Of a stretch of DNA of 64,000 nt, positions 26,694-39,030 are shown piece after piece. A program made the position numbers and the translations under genes. Position 1 is the stretch's first letter. Each line of letters begins with the position of its first letter. This DNA is from Marsupella aquatica (Eukaryota; Plantae; Marchantiophyta), in assembly GCA_973895155.1 (NCBI GenBank), contig OZ316897.1, positions 18,200,457 through 18,264,456 on the forward strand, read 5' to 3'. The notes under the pieces were generated by a model. That model ran no database searches and was not told where the DNA came from. It worked only from the letters and a program-made list of their open reading frames with translations.

Positions 26694-27698
26694 ATGGCCG
26701 CAAGTAGCAGCGACTGGGATGAAGCCGTGGCCTATTGGAGCGGAGTTGGAGAGCTGGGCATGGAGGCTGCTCTTCGTGGAGCAGGATGTCCGGAACAGAG
26801 TATTGTTGATACGCTGAGTGAGGTCAAAAGCAGTGGAGATACCTTCGAACTGGGAAAGTTGAATAGCCTGACTACTCCTGAGTCGGCGAGAGCTGTGGTT
26901 CTTGCTACGATCGGTCGCGGCATTTCACTTACCAAGAATGTCTTCTCCAATGTAGGAGACGTTCGGGCTATGACCGTGAACGAGGCTGCTGCTCTTTGTG
27001 TGAACTTGTGTTCCAACATCAATATCAGATATCTTGGCTTAGAGAACATGAAAGTGTTTGGTACTGTCAAGGGGTGCGGGCTCTTGGCCCATGCCTTGGC
27101 AACCAATCCGTCTTTGCGCGCTCTTCAGTTGACCGAGGCCGACATGGGAAGTGCTGGTGTGAGATGCCTACTGCATGGGCTAAAGTCACACAAGACTCTC
27201 GAAACACTCGATCTCCCGAATACCCCCCTGCTGGATGAAGGAATCTCGTGTGTAGCTGAATTTCTGATCAATAACGCTACAATCAAGTGTTTGTACCTTG
27301 ACGACACTGGTATGTCTCTAGAAGGCGCAAAACAGATGTCCTTGGCCTTGGCGAGCAACTCTACATTGAGGACTTTATCTGTTGGAGTTGAAGCTATTGG
27401 GAGAGAAGGAATGAAGATGTTACTGCAGCCACTATCCCCTGACGTGGGGCAAGATGGACCGAATTCCAACAGCCCGCAGAACACATCTTTGCAACGTTTG
27501 TACTTATATGACCCAAATCGGGAGTGTGTGGAGTCCGTGACACAGATGATCAAAACAAACAAGTCCCTGCGCACTTTAGGACTTCGAAGGCTGGACAAGG
27601 GCAAGACCATCATGTCACAGAGAACGAGATTTAGAGACTGTCGATATATGCAGTTCATTACCCCGATGGTGCATTCCCTTTGGTACAGCCAATTTTAG
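26694..27698 (+). CDS. ROCO copy B: LRR-only truncated paralog (open 334-aa ORF)
   Basis: Collinear with the other copies up to LRRLDKGKT (~27609), then switches into a second copy of the upstream region (acagagaacgagat.., compare 25160), giving a ~2.45-kb tandem duplication junction. Confidence 0.8.
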   Translation: MAASSSDWDEAVAYWSGVGELGMEAALRGAGCPEQSIVDTLSEVKSSGDTFELGKLNSLTTPESARAVVLATIGRGISLTKNVFSNVGDVRAMTVNEAAALCVNLCSNINIRYLGLENMKVFGTVKGCGLLAHALATNPSLRALQLTEADMGSAGVRCLLHGLKSHKTLETLDLPNTPLLDEGISCVAEFLINNATIKCLYLDDTGMSLEGAKQMSLALASNSTLRTLSVGVEAIGREGMKMLLQPLSPDVGQDGPNSNSPQNTSLQRLYLYDPNRECVESVTQMIKTNKSLRTLGLRRLDKGKTIMSQRTRFRDCRYMQFITPMVHSLWYSQF

Positions 27699-29153
27699 TC
27701 TCTATGGTGATACCCTGTCAACTTCAGATCCCCTTCTGAATGGAGCCGAGCTACTATATACGACTTACCAAACTGTCAAAACCATCATGTCATTGATAGA
27801 TTGGTAATATTATTTCATAATCACGATCCGCCCAAGTTCTGGTCCACGTTTTGCTCTTACACAACGTCCAATCAACCCTCTCTCACTGGGTTCATCCGAT
27901 ACTGGTCATGCAAGATTGGATTTGTTAGGCCTAAAGTCTCGAGCTGGTTGGTTGCTGTACGCTATGTGATGTCAGTTTGTCTCGAGTGTCGAGGGTCCGT
28001 TGCTTCTCTCTGACTTTTATTTGTGACATCTTCTATTCTACACACTTCACAATGATATTTAAGATTTCCTGCATGTTGATTATGGTCCGTCTTGTGGCGG
28101 ACAGGAGGCTGTTGGCGACTTGCAGCAACGGCGAAGCGTTTTGATTTGGAAGTGACGGGCTCCAGCTTACATGATCGGAGCCTACGCTCAAAGAGAGCAA
28201 AAGACTGGTCAGGAGCTAATCTTTCAGGTGAGAGTCATGTTTCATGTTACCGATCCTGGCAATTGACAGAGGTAGTGATTACACGATCGACCGTCATCTA
28301 TGGTAACTAGAGGACTTGGTCCTGGAGTTTAGCTAGACAGATTCCATTCGGCACTTGTCATCCCGACAAGACAAAGAAGTTTGTGGACTCCTTCCGAAGC
28401 TTTGCCGGCCAGAGCTGCCCGAGTCCTTTTTAATAGAGACCCGCCATAGTCACATTGCGGGGCTGCGCACAGTTTATTTCTATCAGTCGGAGATATTAAT
28501 CTGTTGTTTGATAGTTGTTCCATCCATTCCATCCGTCTGTCACTTGGGAATTCACAGCCCATCAGCTTCGATTTCTGATGATACTTGGGACCAATGCAAT
28601 TGCTGCTTTGGACACTGAAATTGCTCATGGCCAAATGTTTTACTTGCTGATCTGTATTCAAAATATTGATCTGCTCGGACTGAGCAGGAGGTGCTTTGTG
28701 TACCAAATATTGATCACAGTTTCGATTCTAGACGATAGAAATTGCTCGCTAACCATTGCGTTGCTAAGTAACAGTTCTGTTCTTGTTCCTCAATACGTCA
28801 AGTACTCAGAATTGATCGTGGTGGTGTACCACTGTTGTATCTGTACGAAATTTCATCATCCGTGGAACTATGTTGCTTCAACATGCGATAGAAACACACT
28901 CCAAGCAACAAAAAGATAGCACTGTAGAATCCATTGGAAGGTGTACGTGCGTCGTTACTCTATGAAAACGTGTGATGCGTACTGATTTCTGCAAATTGAG
29001 TCTGGCGCAGGACGCTGAAATTTGGAAGGGAGTCTCCATGTGCTGGCTTCTGCTATATCCCAGTCCGAGAAAGGATATCCTCACGGAATTCTTTCAACGA
29101 AAAGGGCTGCTGAATCTTCGGTTGATTGCAAGTAGTTCCAAACTGGGTTCAAG

Positions 29154-32100
29154 ATGGCCGCAAGTAGCAGCAACTGCGATGACTGGGATGAAACCGTGGC
29201 TTATTGGAGCGGAGTTGGAGAGCTGGGCATGGAGGCTGCTCTTCCTGGAGCAGGATGTTTGGAACAGAGTATTGTTGAAATGCTGAGTGAGGTCAAAAGC
29301 AATGGAGATATCTTCGAACTGGTAAAGTTGAACAACCTGACACATCCTGAGTCGGCGAGAGCTGTGGTTCTTGCTACGATCGGTCGCGACATTTCACTTA
29401 CCAAGACAGTCTTCTCCAGTGCAGACGTTCGGGCTATGACCGTGAACGAGGCAGCTGCTCTTTGTGTCAACTTGTGTTCTAACACCAATATTACAGATCT
29501 TATCTTATCCAATATGAACGTTTTTGGTACAGTCAAGGGGTGCGGGCTCTTGGCCAATGCCTTGGCAACGAATTCGTCTTTGCGCGATCTTCACTTGATT
29601 GAGGTCGACATGGGAAGTACTGGTGTGAGATGCCTACTGCATGGGCTAAAGTCAAACAAGACTCTCGAAACACTCGACCTCGGGCGCAACCCCCTGCTGG
29701 ATGAAGGAATCTCGTGTGTAGCTGAATTTCTGATCAATAACGCTACAATCAAGTGTTTGTACCTTCGTACCACTGGTATCTCTCTGGAAGGCGCAAAACA
29801 GATGTCCTCGGTCTTGGCGAGCAACTCTACATTGAGGACTTTATCTGTTGGAGTTGAAGGTATTGGGAGAGAAGGAATGAAGATGTTACTCCAGCCACTG
29901 TCCTCGGACTTGGGGCAAGGTGAACCGAGTGCCAACAGCCCGAAGAACACATCTTTGGAACGTTTGTACTTAAATGGCCCAAATCGGGAGTGTGTGGAGT
30001 CCGTGACACATATGATCAAAACAAACAAGTCTCTGCGCACTTTAGGACTTGAAAGCACAGACAAGGGCGAGCCGTGCTTGGCGCCATTCCTGCGTACAGA
30101 TTGGAAGGAGACAATTATCCCCGCCCTAAAAGCAAATAGTACCCTCACGTACCTCGTCTTGTTGGGATGTTACGGGGTGAATGGAGAAGACGTCTATGAG
30201 TCTCTGCTGGATCTGCTCCAAAACAGCGGTACCGGATTAGAAAGGATCATTCTTGGTCAAACTGGTTTGGAATCCAGGCAGGGACAAATCAACGAAGAGC
30301 TTAGGATCAACAAGGAGTATCGATCTCGGCTCAAGGGTCAACCCCAAACGCCAGTTACTTCTGGTCGTATCGTGTTGTGCGGATATGGTTTTGCAGGTAC
30401 TCTTCACTCTGAGCTTACCTCTCAATTCTCAATCCTAAAATTGAATTGCTTGTGGCCCGGTTTGACCTTGCCCGTCAAACTGGGCGAAAATGGCCGGCAA
30501 ATGGGCACCTGGCACCCGGGCTCGGGAGTAGTCCGGGAGGGGTGGGTTCGGGTTTGGGGGAATGGGTTCGGTTTTGGGGGGGTGGGTTCGGGTTTGGGTC
30601 AAATATATCCGTCAAATTGGTCGTTTTTGGGCCGTCATTTGACGATTTGACGTGCCCGACAAGGCGTCAAGGTGCCCGTCAGGTTACACCGGGGCTTGTG
30701 GACGTGTGTGAGTATGTACATGTAAGTGATTAGTCGAGAAGTATGTAGAAACCGTTTTGACTGTATTGAACCAGCGTGTATGTATTGGTTGTTAAAGATC
30801 CAACCACAAGTTCATCAGTGAGAGTGGTTGCATTGTGCTCCTTAAATGTCCACATTCATCTTTGCTTTGCCAAGGCAACATGGTTTTACATTGCTTATTA
30901 TCACTACTTAACCTATTTAGTAAAGTGAATTATTAACATTTAATTGGGCAACATAAAGTATACTTTTGGTTTTCAAAAAGTGTACATTTTGGCAAGAAAC
31001 AAATGTCATGGTCATTCATTACAGATACCACCATGTTCATCCTTTGTAAATAAACTTCTAGTAAAGGATACTTTTTGCACACTCAAGTTTTATCATTTAG
31101 GTGTAGAATATTGCACTATACTGTACAATTCAGTGTTAAAAAAATGTACATTTAGAGATAAAAATCAAACATTTAGACATCACAAAATGAAGAGATAACA
31201 AAATAAAATACACAACTTTTAATGAATAGAGTGAAATAGAATTCAAACTTATGTGCTAAATGTGGTGTAATGCTAGGTCTATTGGTTTGAATGGCAGGAA
31301 AAACAGAAATTTCCAAGACCATGAAGCGCATAGAGCATGGCACTTCCTACACTCACCCCCTCCAAATGCTTTGGAAGAGACTGATGCAATTGTACCCTTG
31401 TCTGCAACAAATCCTGCTTGGGAGCAATGCGCCCAAAGAATTGACAGCCCGAACAAGAGGATTTCAGGTAGTACTTCTTGAGAAACAACCAGATTTGAAG
31501 TCCGTTTGGGACTTCGCTGGGCAAAAGGAATACTATGCCCTTCATGACTACGTGTTCCCTAATGTCAAGAATTCATATTTTCTGTATGTCTGTAGTTGTC
31601 GATGTCTTCTAGATGATGCAGATCCAAAAGGCAAAATTAAGGATCCAAGTTCCATTAGAGATGAGTGTGAGTATTGGATGAGATTTCTGGCGTCCAATTC
31701 TAAACAAGGCGGAGGGAGTCAATTGCCTCGAGTGAGATTTGTTCTCACCAAGACAGATACCCTCCACTCCCCAGGGCAATTTGTTCCCAGAGCAAAGCGT
31801 GTGGTGCGTGAGTTGAAAAATGTGTTCAAGGATGTCCTCGATTTGAGTGACCACGTTGAGGTTGTGAATGCTCATTTTACTGGAGATGTGCAGCGCCTGC
31901 TCACTGCAAGTAGTAACAACTTAAAAGAGATCTTGGCACAGCAAACAGAATATGTCGTGTGTGAGCAAGTTCGTGATCTTTTGGAGGGCTGGTCCAAGAA
32001 AAATCCCTTGAAACCTGTTCTAAGCCTTGAGGAATTTTACAAGTTGTGTAGAGAAGACCTAGATTTTGATCAGCTATCAGAGGAGGGGTGGAAGATTGTC

Positions 32101-33988
32101 TTGGCTTATCTGAATGATTTAGGAGAAATCATATTTTCCAAGAAAACTGATTTCATTGTGACCAACCCTAGTTGGTTTGGGATCGATGTTTTGGGTTCTT
32201 TGATAAATGCATTCAAAGGAGCAGACCAGCCTCCAAGAGAGGATTCCACATGCATTAGTGCTTTCTCGGGTGGCAGTGCTTTCTGGGGTCGCAGGGAGGT
32301 TTATGAGCTTGACCATCGCCAGGGCTTTGTAGCGAGGCAAGACATGAAAGAACATTTGGAGGTGTCGTTGCAGAGCATGGATCTGAAGCAAAGTATCCCA
32401 CCAGAGAAATTGATAGATTTGATGATCCATTTGGAAATGTGCTTTGAAAATACCCAAGAAGATCCAGAAAAAATGGATTCTTCGTTGTTCATGCCAGCCG
32501 TTTTTGATGATGAGAAGGAGACTGCTGCAAAGGGCGAACGTCCACTGCGATGGAAAGTACAACAGGAAGGGCACTTGGAGTATTTTGGCCGTCGCCTTGA
32601 ATGTCAGAATAGATCCACCACATTTTTGACGCCTGGATTTTTCCCGAGGTTGCAGGTAATTCTGGAAGCTTTGAACTCATTTCAAGCCTTTTGGTCTCTT
32701 GAAGATCATATCTTGGCAATCAAACTATCAAGATTGTATGTTGGCAATTGGACTATGTGTGTGAACCTTGCTGATATTGTTCTGTTTTGTCCTGCATTCA
32801 ATATATTTGTGATTTGCATTGCTTTTTAAAATAATGGCCTGATGCATGTAGGTTCACTTGAGGAATTACATACATGAAGAAGGGTGGACAAAGAATCTTG
32901 GGTTTGAAGTTGGAAGGAATCTCATAGCCTTTGCAGAAAGTGGTATTGAAATATATGTAGAATATGCTGGTGACACAGATGATTTCATTGATATACTAGT
33001 CAGATCATCTGAATAGTTCACAAAGACTATTGAATTTGTACAAAAACATGTAGTGGAGACAATCCGCACGTTTTGTGCTTCGCCTCAGGGATGCCAAGGA
33101 GTGGAGCTTGTTGAATCTGTCATAAGGCCCGTGTGTGTAGAGTACCTTCACTTGTGCATAGGTAGGAAAGTGCACTCTGTTTTCGTCTCAGAGCTCAAAC
33201 GTAGATTAGCCAAGGACAAAGGCTCTCAACATACGTGGAGTCAAAGAATAGAAGATGTCAGCGATACTGACCGGGCTCTTGACTTGCTGGAGGGAAAGGG
33301 TTCACATGAGAAGATTAGTAGCAAAGGTCAAGTGAGTCTGGCCCCCTTGGTTTCGAACTCCACAGCTTCAGTGTCAAGCAGTACCGATCAATTACCGAAA
33401 CTCTTCTATCCATCCATAGAAGACGTGGATCCACTCAGGAGATTGGAAACTCGCCTCAACTTGACTAAGGTGATCCCAATCAAGCTTCATCTTCTATGCG
33501 ACCACAAACACGGATCGCATAAAGTCGAAGGTCAGCCGGGAAGGACAGTGAAGTTGAATGCCAGGGCGGGTGGTTATGACATACCTATAGTGAAGCTTGC
33601 GGTGTCTCTCCTCTGGGCCGGTGTGAGCATGGTTGGTGCAGTGCCGCAGGTAGACGACTGGATCCAGAGCTTGTTCACCGTCCCTGAAATGCCCACCCTG
33701 GATGGCGAAATGGTGCACGAGATGATGAACCCTGGCCGTCCCCGCGGTCCAGTTTCAGAAGAACAAATCTTGAAGGCGCTGGAGAGGTATTGGAAGGTTG
33801 ATCCCCACACGCAAGGTCTCAAGGACATCCTTAAACTGGATGACGGCTCAAGCTTTTGGAATGACTTCCAACTGCGCAAAGTAGTCTACAACGCAGAATC
33901 AGGTTATGAAAAAAGGATCGGCTGGGTGTGTGACAGCCACTTTAAGAAGGGACTCAAGCAACGAATTTTGCGCTCCACAACTCATTGA
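29154..33988 (+). pseudogene. ROCO copy C: LRR-Roc-COR with an alternative C-terminal domain; exons 29154-30396, 31298-32655, 32852-33988; one in-frame TAG at 33014-33016
   Basis: Same motifs and intron positions as copies A and D; the CCC(Pro) codon of the paralogs reads TAG here; after SSTDQ the sequence is LPKLFY..LHLLCDH..HKVEGQPG..LRKV..WVCDSH. Confidence 0.88.
30456..30693. mobile_element. 238-bp MITE in intron 1 of ROCO C (8-bp TSD, hAT-like)
   Basis: TSD gcttgtgg at 30448-30455 and 30694-30701; imperfect TIR cccggtttgacct / cccggtgtaacct; absent from intron 1 of copies A and D. Confidence 0.85.
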
Positions 33989-34150
33989 AAAAGATGGAGA
34001 GTAAGGTCAAAATATATTTGTTTGACGAGACAAATGGAAAGGTTCATCGCAGAACTGTGAATTGTTGGCGCGCAATATCGGCATCTAGAGCGATCAATTG
34101 TGTACCCTGCTCCAGCTTTCGACCAGTCGTCTACATGTATCGACCCTGAC

Positions 34151-35578
34151 ATGCTGCAGTAGGTGTGGTGCCCTTGATGAATTTGCCCACAGGCCGTTCA
34201 ACGGACAGCGTTTCTGTGATGGACAGTTTGGCAATTGTGAAGCAGGTACTCATGAAGCTTGTCTTTCTTGAAATGCACAGGAAACACCGTACTTTTGTTA
34301 TCTATCAAATGTCTTCAAGACTGTCTGACCGATCCAACCTTATGCAGGTTGCTCGAATTCCGTAATGGTGCCCCATAAGTCGTAACGATTCCTCATGCTG
34401 AAATGGATAAAGTATGTTTCTGCTCACTTGAACTTCACGGTTCATGACTTATCACTGCTGTAGCTCTCATTTGAAGAATTATCTCCAGGTTTAGGGCTTT
34501 GCAGACGGTCAGAAGATGTGCTTATGCAGGGTCAGACGAAGGATATACAGTTCCAGCCCTTGGGAATTTTTGCGTAGATTACGTTTTACAATTCAACTCT
34601 CGTCATGTTACTTAATTTCACAAGCAAAGACCATGTCGGTATGAATGACTGAGCAAATGGAATTTCCTTGCTCTAAGAATGAATTGTTTCTTAAGTAAAT
34701 TGGTGCCAACGTGGGTGTATGTGCAACTAATCAGGCATGCTGTCAAATGCAGAATCAAAGAACGATGAACAACACCAGCTAAGAACAAACGAGAGCGACG
34801 AAGATAACCTGCGGAAACTGCTTCTCAACTCCGAAACAATTCCAAGCACTGGCCAGAAATTTGAGATGCTGCAGTAGGTGTATGTGGCCCTTGATGAATC
34901 TACCCACAGGCCGTTCAACGGACAGCGTTTCTGTGATGGACAGTTCGGCAATTGTGAAGCAGGTACTCATGAAGTCTTCCTTGAAATGCACAGGGAACAC
35001 CCCACTTTTGTTATCTATCAAATGTCTTCAAGACTGTCTGCCCGATCCAACCTTATGCAGGTTGCTCGAATGCTGCAATGATGCCCCATAAGTCCTAACG
35101 ATTCCTCATGCTGAAATGGATAAATTATGTTTCGGCTCACTTGAACTTCACGGTTCATGACTTATCACAGCTGTAGCTCTCATTTGAAGAATTATCTCCA
35201 GGATTAGGGCTTTCCAGACGGTCAGAAGATGTGCTTATGCAGGGTCAGACGAAGGATATACAGTTCCAGCCCTTGGGAATTTTTGCGTAGATTACGTTTT
35301 ACAATTCAACTCTCGTCATGTTACTTAATTTCACGAGCAAAGACCATGTCGGTATGAATGACTGAGCAAATGGAATTTACTTGCTCTAAGAATGAATTGT
35401 TTCTTTAGTAAATTGGTGCCAACGTGGGTGTATGTGCAACTAATCAGGCATGCTGTCAAATGCAGAATCAAAGAACGATGAACAACACCAGCTAAGAACA
35501 AACGAGAGCGACGAAGATAACCTGCTTAAACTGCTTCTCAACTCCGAAACAATTACAAGCACTGGCCAGAAATTTCAG
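34151..35578. repeat. ~715-bp tandem duplication (2 copies)
   Basis: Units start with atgctgcagtaggtgt at 34151 and 34866 and both end in ggccagaaattt. Confidence 0.92.
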
Positions 35579-36659
35579 AAGTAGCCCTTTAGCCGTGCCT
35601 TCCATCTGGTAGAAGTATCCCTTGACTTTGATTGACTAGCGATTCTAAGAAGTGAACCATGAGCATCCAAGCTCTTGTGCTGATCTTGGTAGTGGTAATT
35701 AGTTCTCAGTAGGCTAGAACCTAGGAAAATGATGAATTGACCCAGATTGTTTTAAATTCTTTTGTTTGAATATAGAGCAAACGGTAGCTGGAGAAATTAC
35801 AGACTGTACACCTCTTTCTTCTACATTTTAATCGCATGTTACACTTTTGGTCACACGCAGGCCAGGTAGCTGGTTGTCAACTTGAGGAGAATGTTAAGGC
35901 ATATTGTCATTTTCATTACCCTTTGCCATCTACATATAATTACAGGGTACAGCGTTGGAACCCTTTCTATCTTGATAATTTACAGAACTGGAGTTGTGTA
36001 ATCTTCAGATCCAGTTAAATCATGAATCGGGTGATTTTGTATAGACATAATCACGGACAAGCTGAAACTATCTACCCTTACATATCGTTACTATCACGGG
36101 TCTGGAATTCTTGTTGGTAACGGGAAAAGCTATTCTAATCTGATTTCTGATCTTCGTTCCCACCTCATCTCCTTTGACTCCTTCGGATGGCAATGATGTC
36201 TCTTACGGATGGAAATCTTGAAGGTTACGGCACACTAGTGATGCACACAGCTATGGTTTTTTACGCTGTAGCAGACAAGTCATTACTGGGCGTCTACATG
36301 CCCAAAAGGAATATGATGTATCGGTTGTCTCGATTGTGATACGAGCAAAATGGGGAAACGACTTGTAAGCTTTGTCCTTATTACTCATCCAATAAGTTAA
36401 GCAGTATCGAGAATGGAATTTCATGAAATTGTAATGTGCGCAGTACCAATATCCTCACCTCAAGAAGAAAAAAATATGTTGATTGGATGGACCTCCTTCC
36501 TACAGTTCATGGTGGAATTATTGGTTTATCTTGCTTCAAACATATGTTGCACTGGGTGGAAATATGCACACTCTCCAATGTATGAACCTTGTAAGAGTGG
36601 TTAAGTTTTAGTGGTTGATATTCATCTTAAAGCTATAGGGAGTTAATTATGCCAAACTA

Positions 36660-39030
36660 ACTGACTGTGATTGTGGTGGAAAACAAAAGACTTGGGAGTG
36701 TTGGTTGATCCAAGTCCAGGAGGGGCATTCAAACTTGAATCCACGTAGGCACGGTGAACATAGCACTCACGTTTCTGATCCCATTGGATCACGGAGGCCA
36801 GATGTAACACAAGTTGTGCATGATACAAATGAAGCTACTGTATATAGCTTGCTGACCCAAACAATGTTGCCAAATGTGGTCCTCTTTGCATGAATTCTTC
36901 ATGATGGAAACGTCGTTGCGATATAATTCTCATCGACTTTAGCCTCCATGTTGTCCGTGTTCATTCGAATTTTCCGATTTGTCTGAATATTGAACTGCGA
37001 ATGAGTCAGATCGATTTCACAGATTCTATTGTACAATCATGTTAGCACAAGAACTCGAGAGCTCTAGTAAGCTTCTCTTTTCTGATACACTTGCCCATCT
37101 TTTTCCGGGGTTGTGCTCTGGGGTCTTTTAAATAGACGATTGACTGTCAAGGGACATGTCCTCAAGTAAAAAGTATTCCTGAAGCTTACACCTGTTATGA
37201 AAACCGCAATCCGAATGGATAACTGCTAGGAAGGCCATGGACTTGTGGGCAGAAGACATTCAGTAAAGTAATCGAACATTGGGACAAGAAGCTGCCATGA
37301 TTTGAATTGAGTTTGGTAGGAACATGAGTTGGGTGATGAGTGATACTGAAATACGTGAGCTGTCTTGACAAAACAGAAACGACCATGAGCCCACAAGTAG
37401 GTGGTGGGGGGGGGGGGGGGAGGGGGAGAGCAGACGCGCGGTAGCTGAAGAAATTACAGAGTGTCTAGACCAATATTTACAGGGCAAGGTGCTCCTGCAG
37501 TGGCTCCTTCAAATTATTTACTCGTTGGGTCGGTTCCAGTCAGAAAACTTACTGACCCTCGAGCTGTGTTCTGGTTTCAAATACATGATTGACGATCAAG
37601 GGACAAAACCTTTGACTGATTAAAAGTATCCCAGCAGCTTTATTACACCTTTGTCAAAACCAAAATACTAATGGATTACGATTGCGAAGAAGGCAATGGA
37701 CTGGTTGACAGAACCATTACTCAATTGTAGTTTGTTTGGCCCTTTCTTGTAAATTGGGCCTTTCTCGCTGAAGCGTTGAGAGTAGAAAAGCTGCCATTAT
37801 CCAATCGAGTCGAGTTTGTTGATTGTGAAATAATGTACGTGACCTGTCTTGACAAGGGTGGCTTGTTTCAGTACCCTGTAAGACTTATCAAGGGTGATTT
37901 TCATTGTTTACTCCTGCCCTTTCGGTGATCTGAGGTCCTAAAAGAGGATTTTCTGAACCAATTTAATGGTCTGGAGTGGTTCCCACCCTAAACACTTGTC
38001 TGCGTGGGGACCATGGGCAGCCTTCGGCGGGATCGGATTTTATAGAGTAAAATTAGACAGGTGAATGGAATCTGACAGTTTGGACACGGCAAGAATCCCA
38101 GGTCAAAATTAGGTGTTAAATGATGGTAAACGTGCTCGAGTTTTTCTCCCACATTTACAATACCCTACCATTTAAGATAATCGGTGAAAAGCCTCCTTGA
38201 ACCTCGATGTTTGCAAATATCTTCCATCCCGCTGACAGACACAACTCTCGTGGATCCCCAGGAAACATCACGCTTTACTCACCTGACTGAAAACTGGCAA
38301 ATGTGGTGAACCCTGCTCCTTGGAATCAACCCCGCCCCATGCTTGGTCTCGATTTCCTAGCTGCCTATCTTATTGGCTACATCACCCTCTATCCTGTCCA
38401 AATGTAAATGGATTTTCGGTGAAGTAAGCAGCGGGATAATGCTTGCATCATCTCAACCTCAAATAGTTTTTATCATCAAGAATGAGCAGCAAAATTTGAT
38501 TGCAGACATCCATTACCAGGTCTCGTTCATTGCATTATTCTTCCCAACAATTGATAATTCCTATTGTTCTACTGGTGAACTCATCCGGAATTTAAGGACT
38601 TTGATTGATCAAGTTCACATAGCAGCAGCAAGTCTGCGAACAGAACGTAAACGCAATTATGACATTCTGCCCTAGCTATTAGCACGACCTGGTTAGAGAC
38701 CAGGTCTTCCCTGAAATCGTCCACATGACATCCCTGCTGTCTGATAAGGATACTTGTTTGGTAACACCGAGACAGATTTAACAAACAATTGATGACATCT
38801 CTGATGTCTGATGAGGGATACTTGTTTTGTAACACCGGGACAGATTTAGCAAACAATTGCCGTGACATCCTCAGCGGCTTAGGATTCCAACTTGATGAAT
38901 GTCAAAGTTCAGCAAATGACGAAGATAGTTTTCCACAATAAATTCATGTCCTAACGTCAAAAGAAGCCGGCGTTCTAATTTAGGAGTTACGTGTGTCAAT
39001 GCTGTAGGTACCCAACCTCGCTAGTCACCG
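36660..39030. repeat. Scrambled, diverged copies of other parts of the locus
   Basis: 36670-37040 and 37760-37978 match 6050-6770 in direct orientation; 38760-39000 is an inverted copy of 23560-23850. Confidence 0.7.

Larger units (their letters stand above)
19797..27610 (+). repeat. Direct segmental duplication unit (LRR-RLK intron relic - SPS pseudogene - ROCO 5' region); partner ~39835-48980
   Basis: Collinear matches such as 19797 vs 39835 (ccatcctgctgttccatgggaatttggacttccttcgtac), 21360 vs 40480, 22700 vs 41730 and 25600 vs 47000; visibly more diverged than the inverted arms and interrupted by indels. Confidence 0.85.

Noticed and set aside
25791-29286. Repeated short ORFs upstream of the ROCO genes (MMRTDFCKL.., ..TNAIAALDTEI..)
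   Set aside because: They recur only because the DNA is duplicated; starts and frames differ between copies.
38380-38640. Possible NTPase relic on the minus strand (EFTSRTIGI..LLLILDD)
   Set aside because: Motifs are too short and interrupted by stops to support a call.
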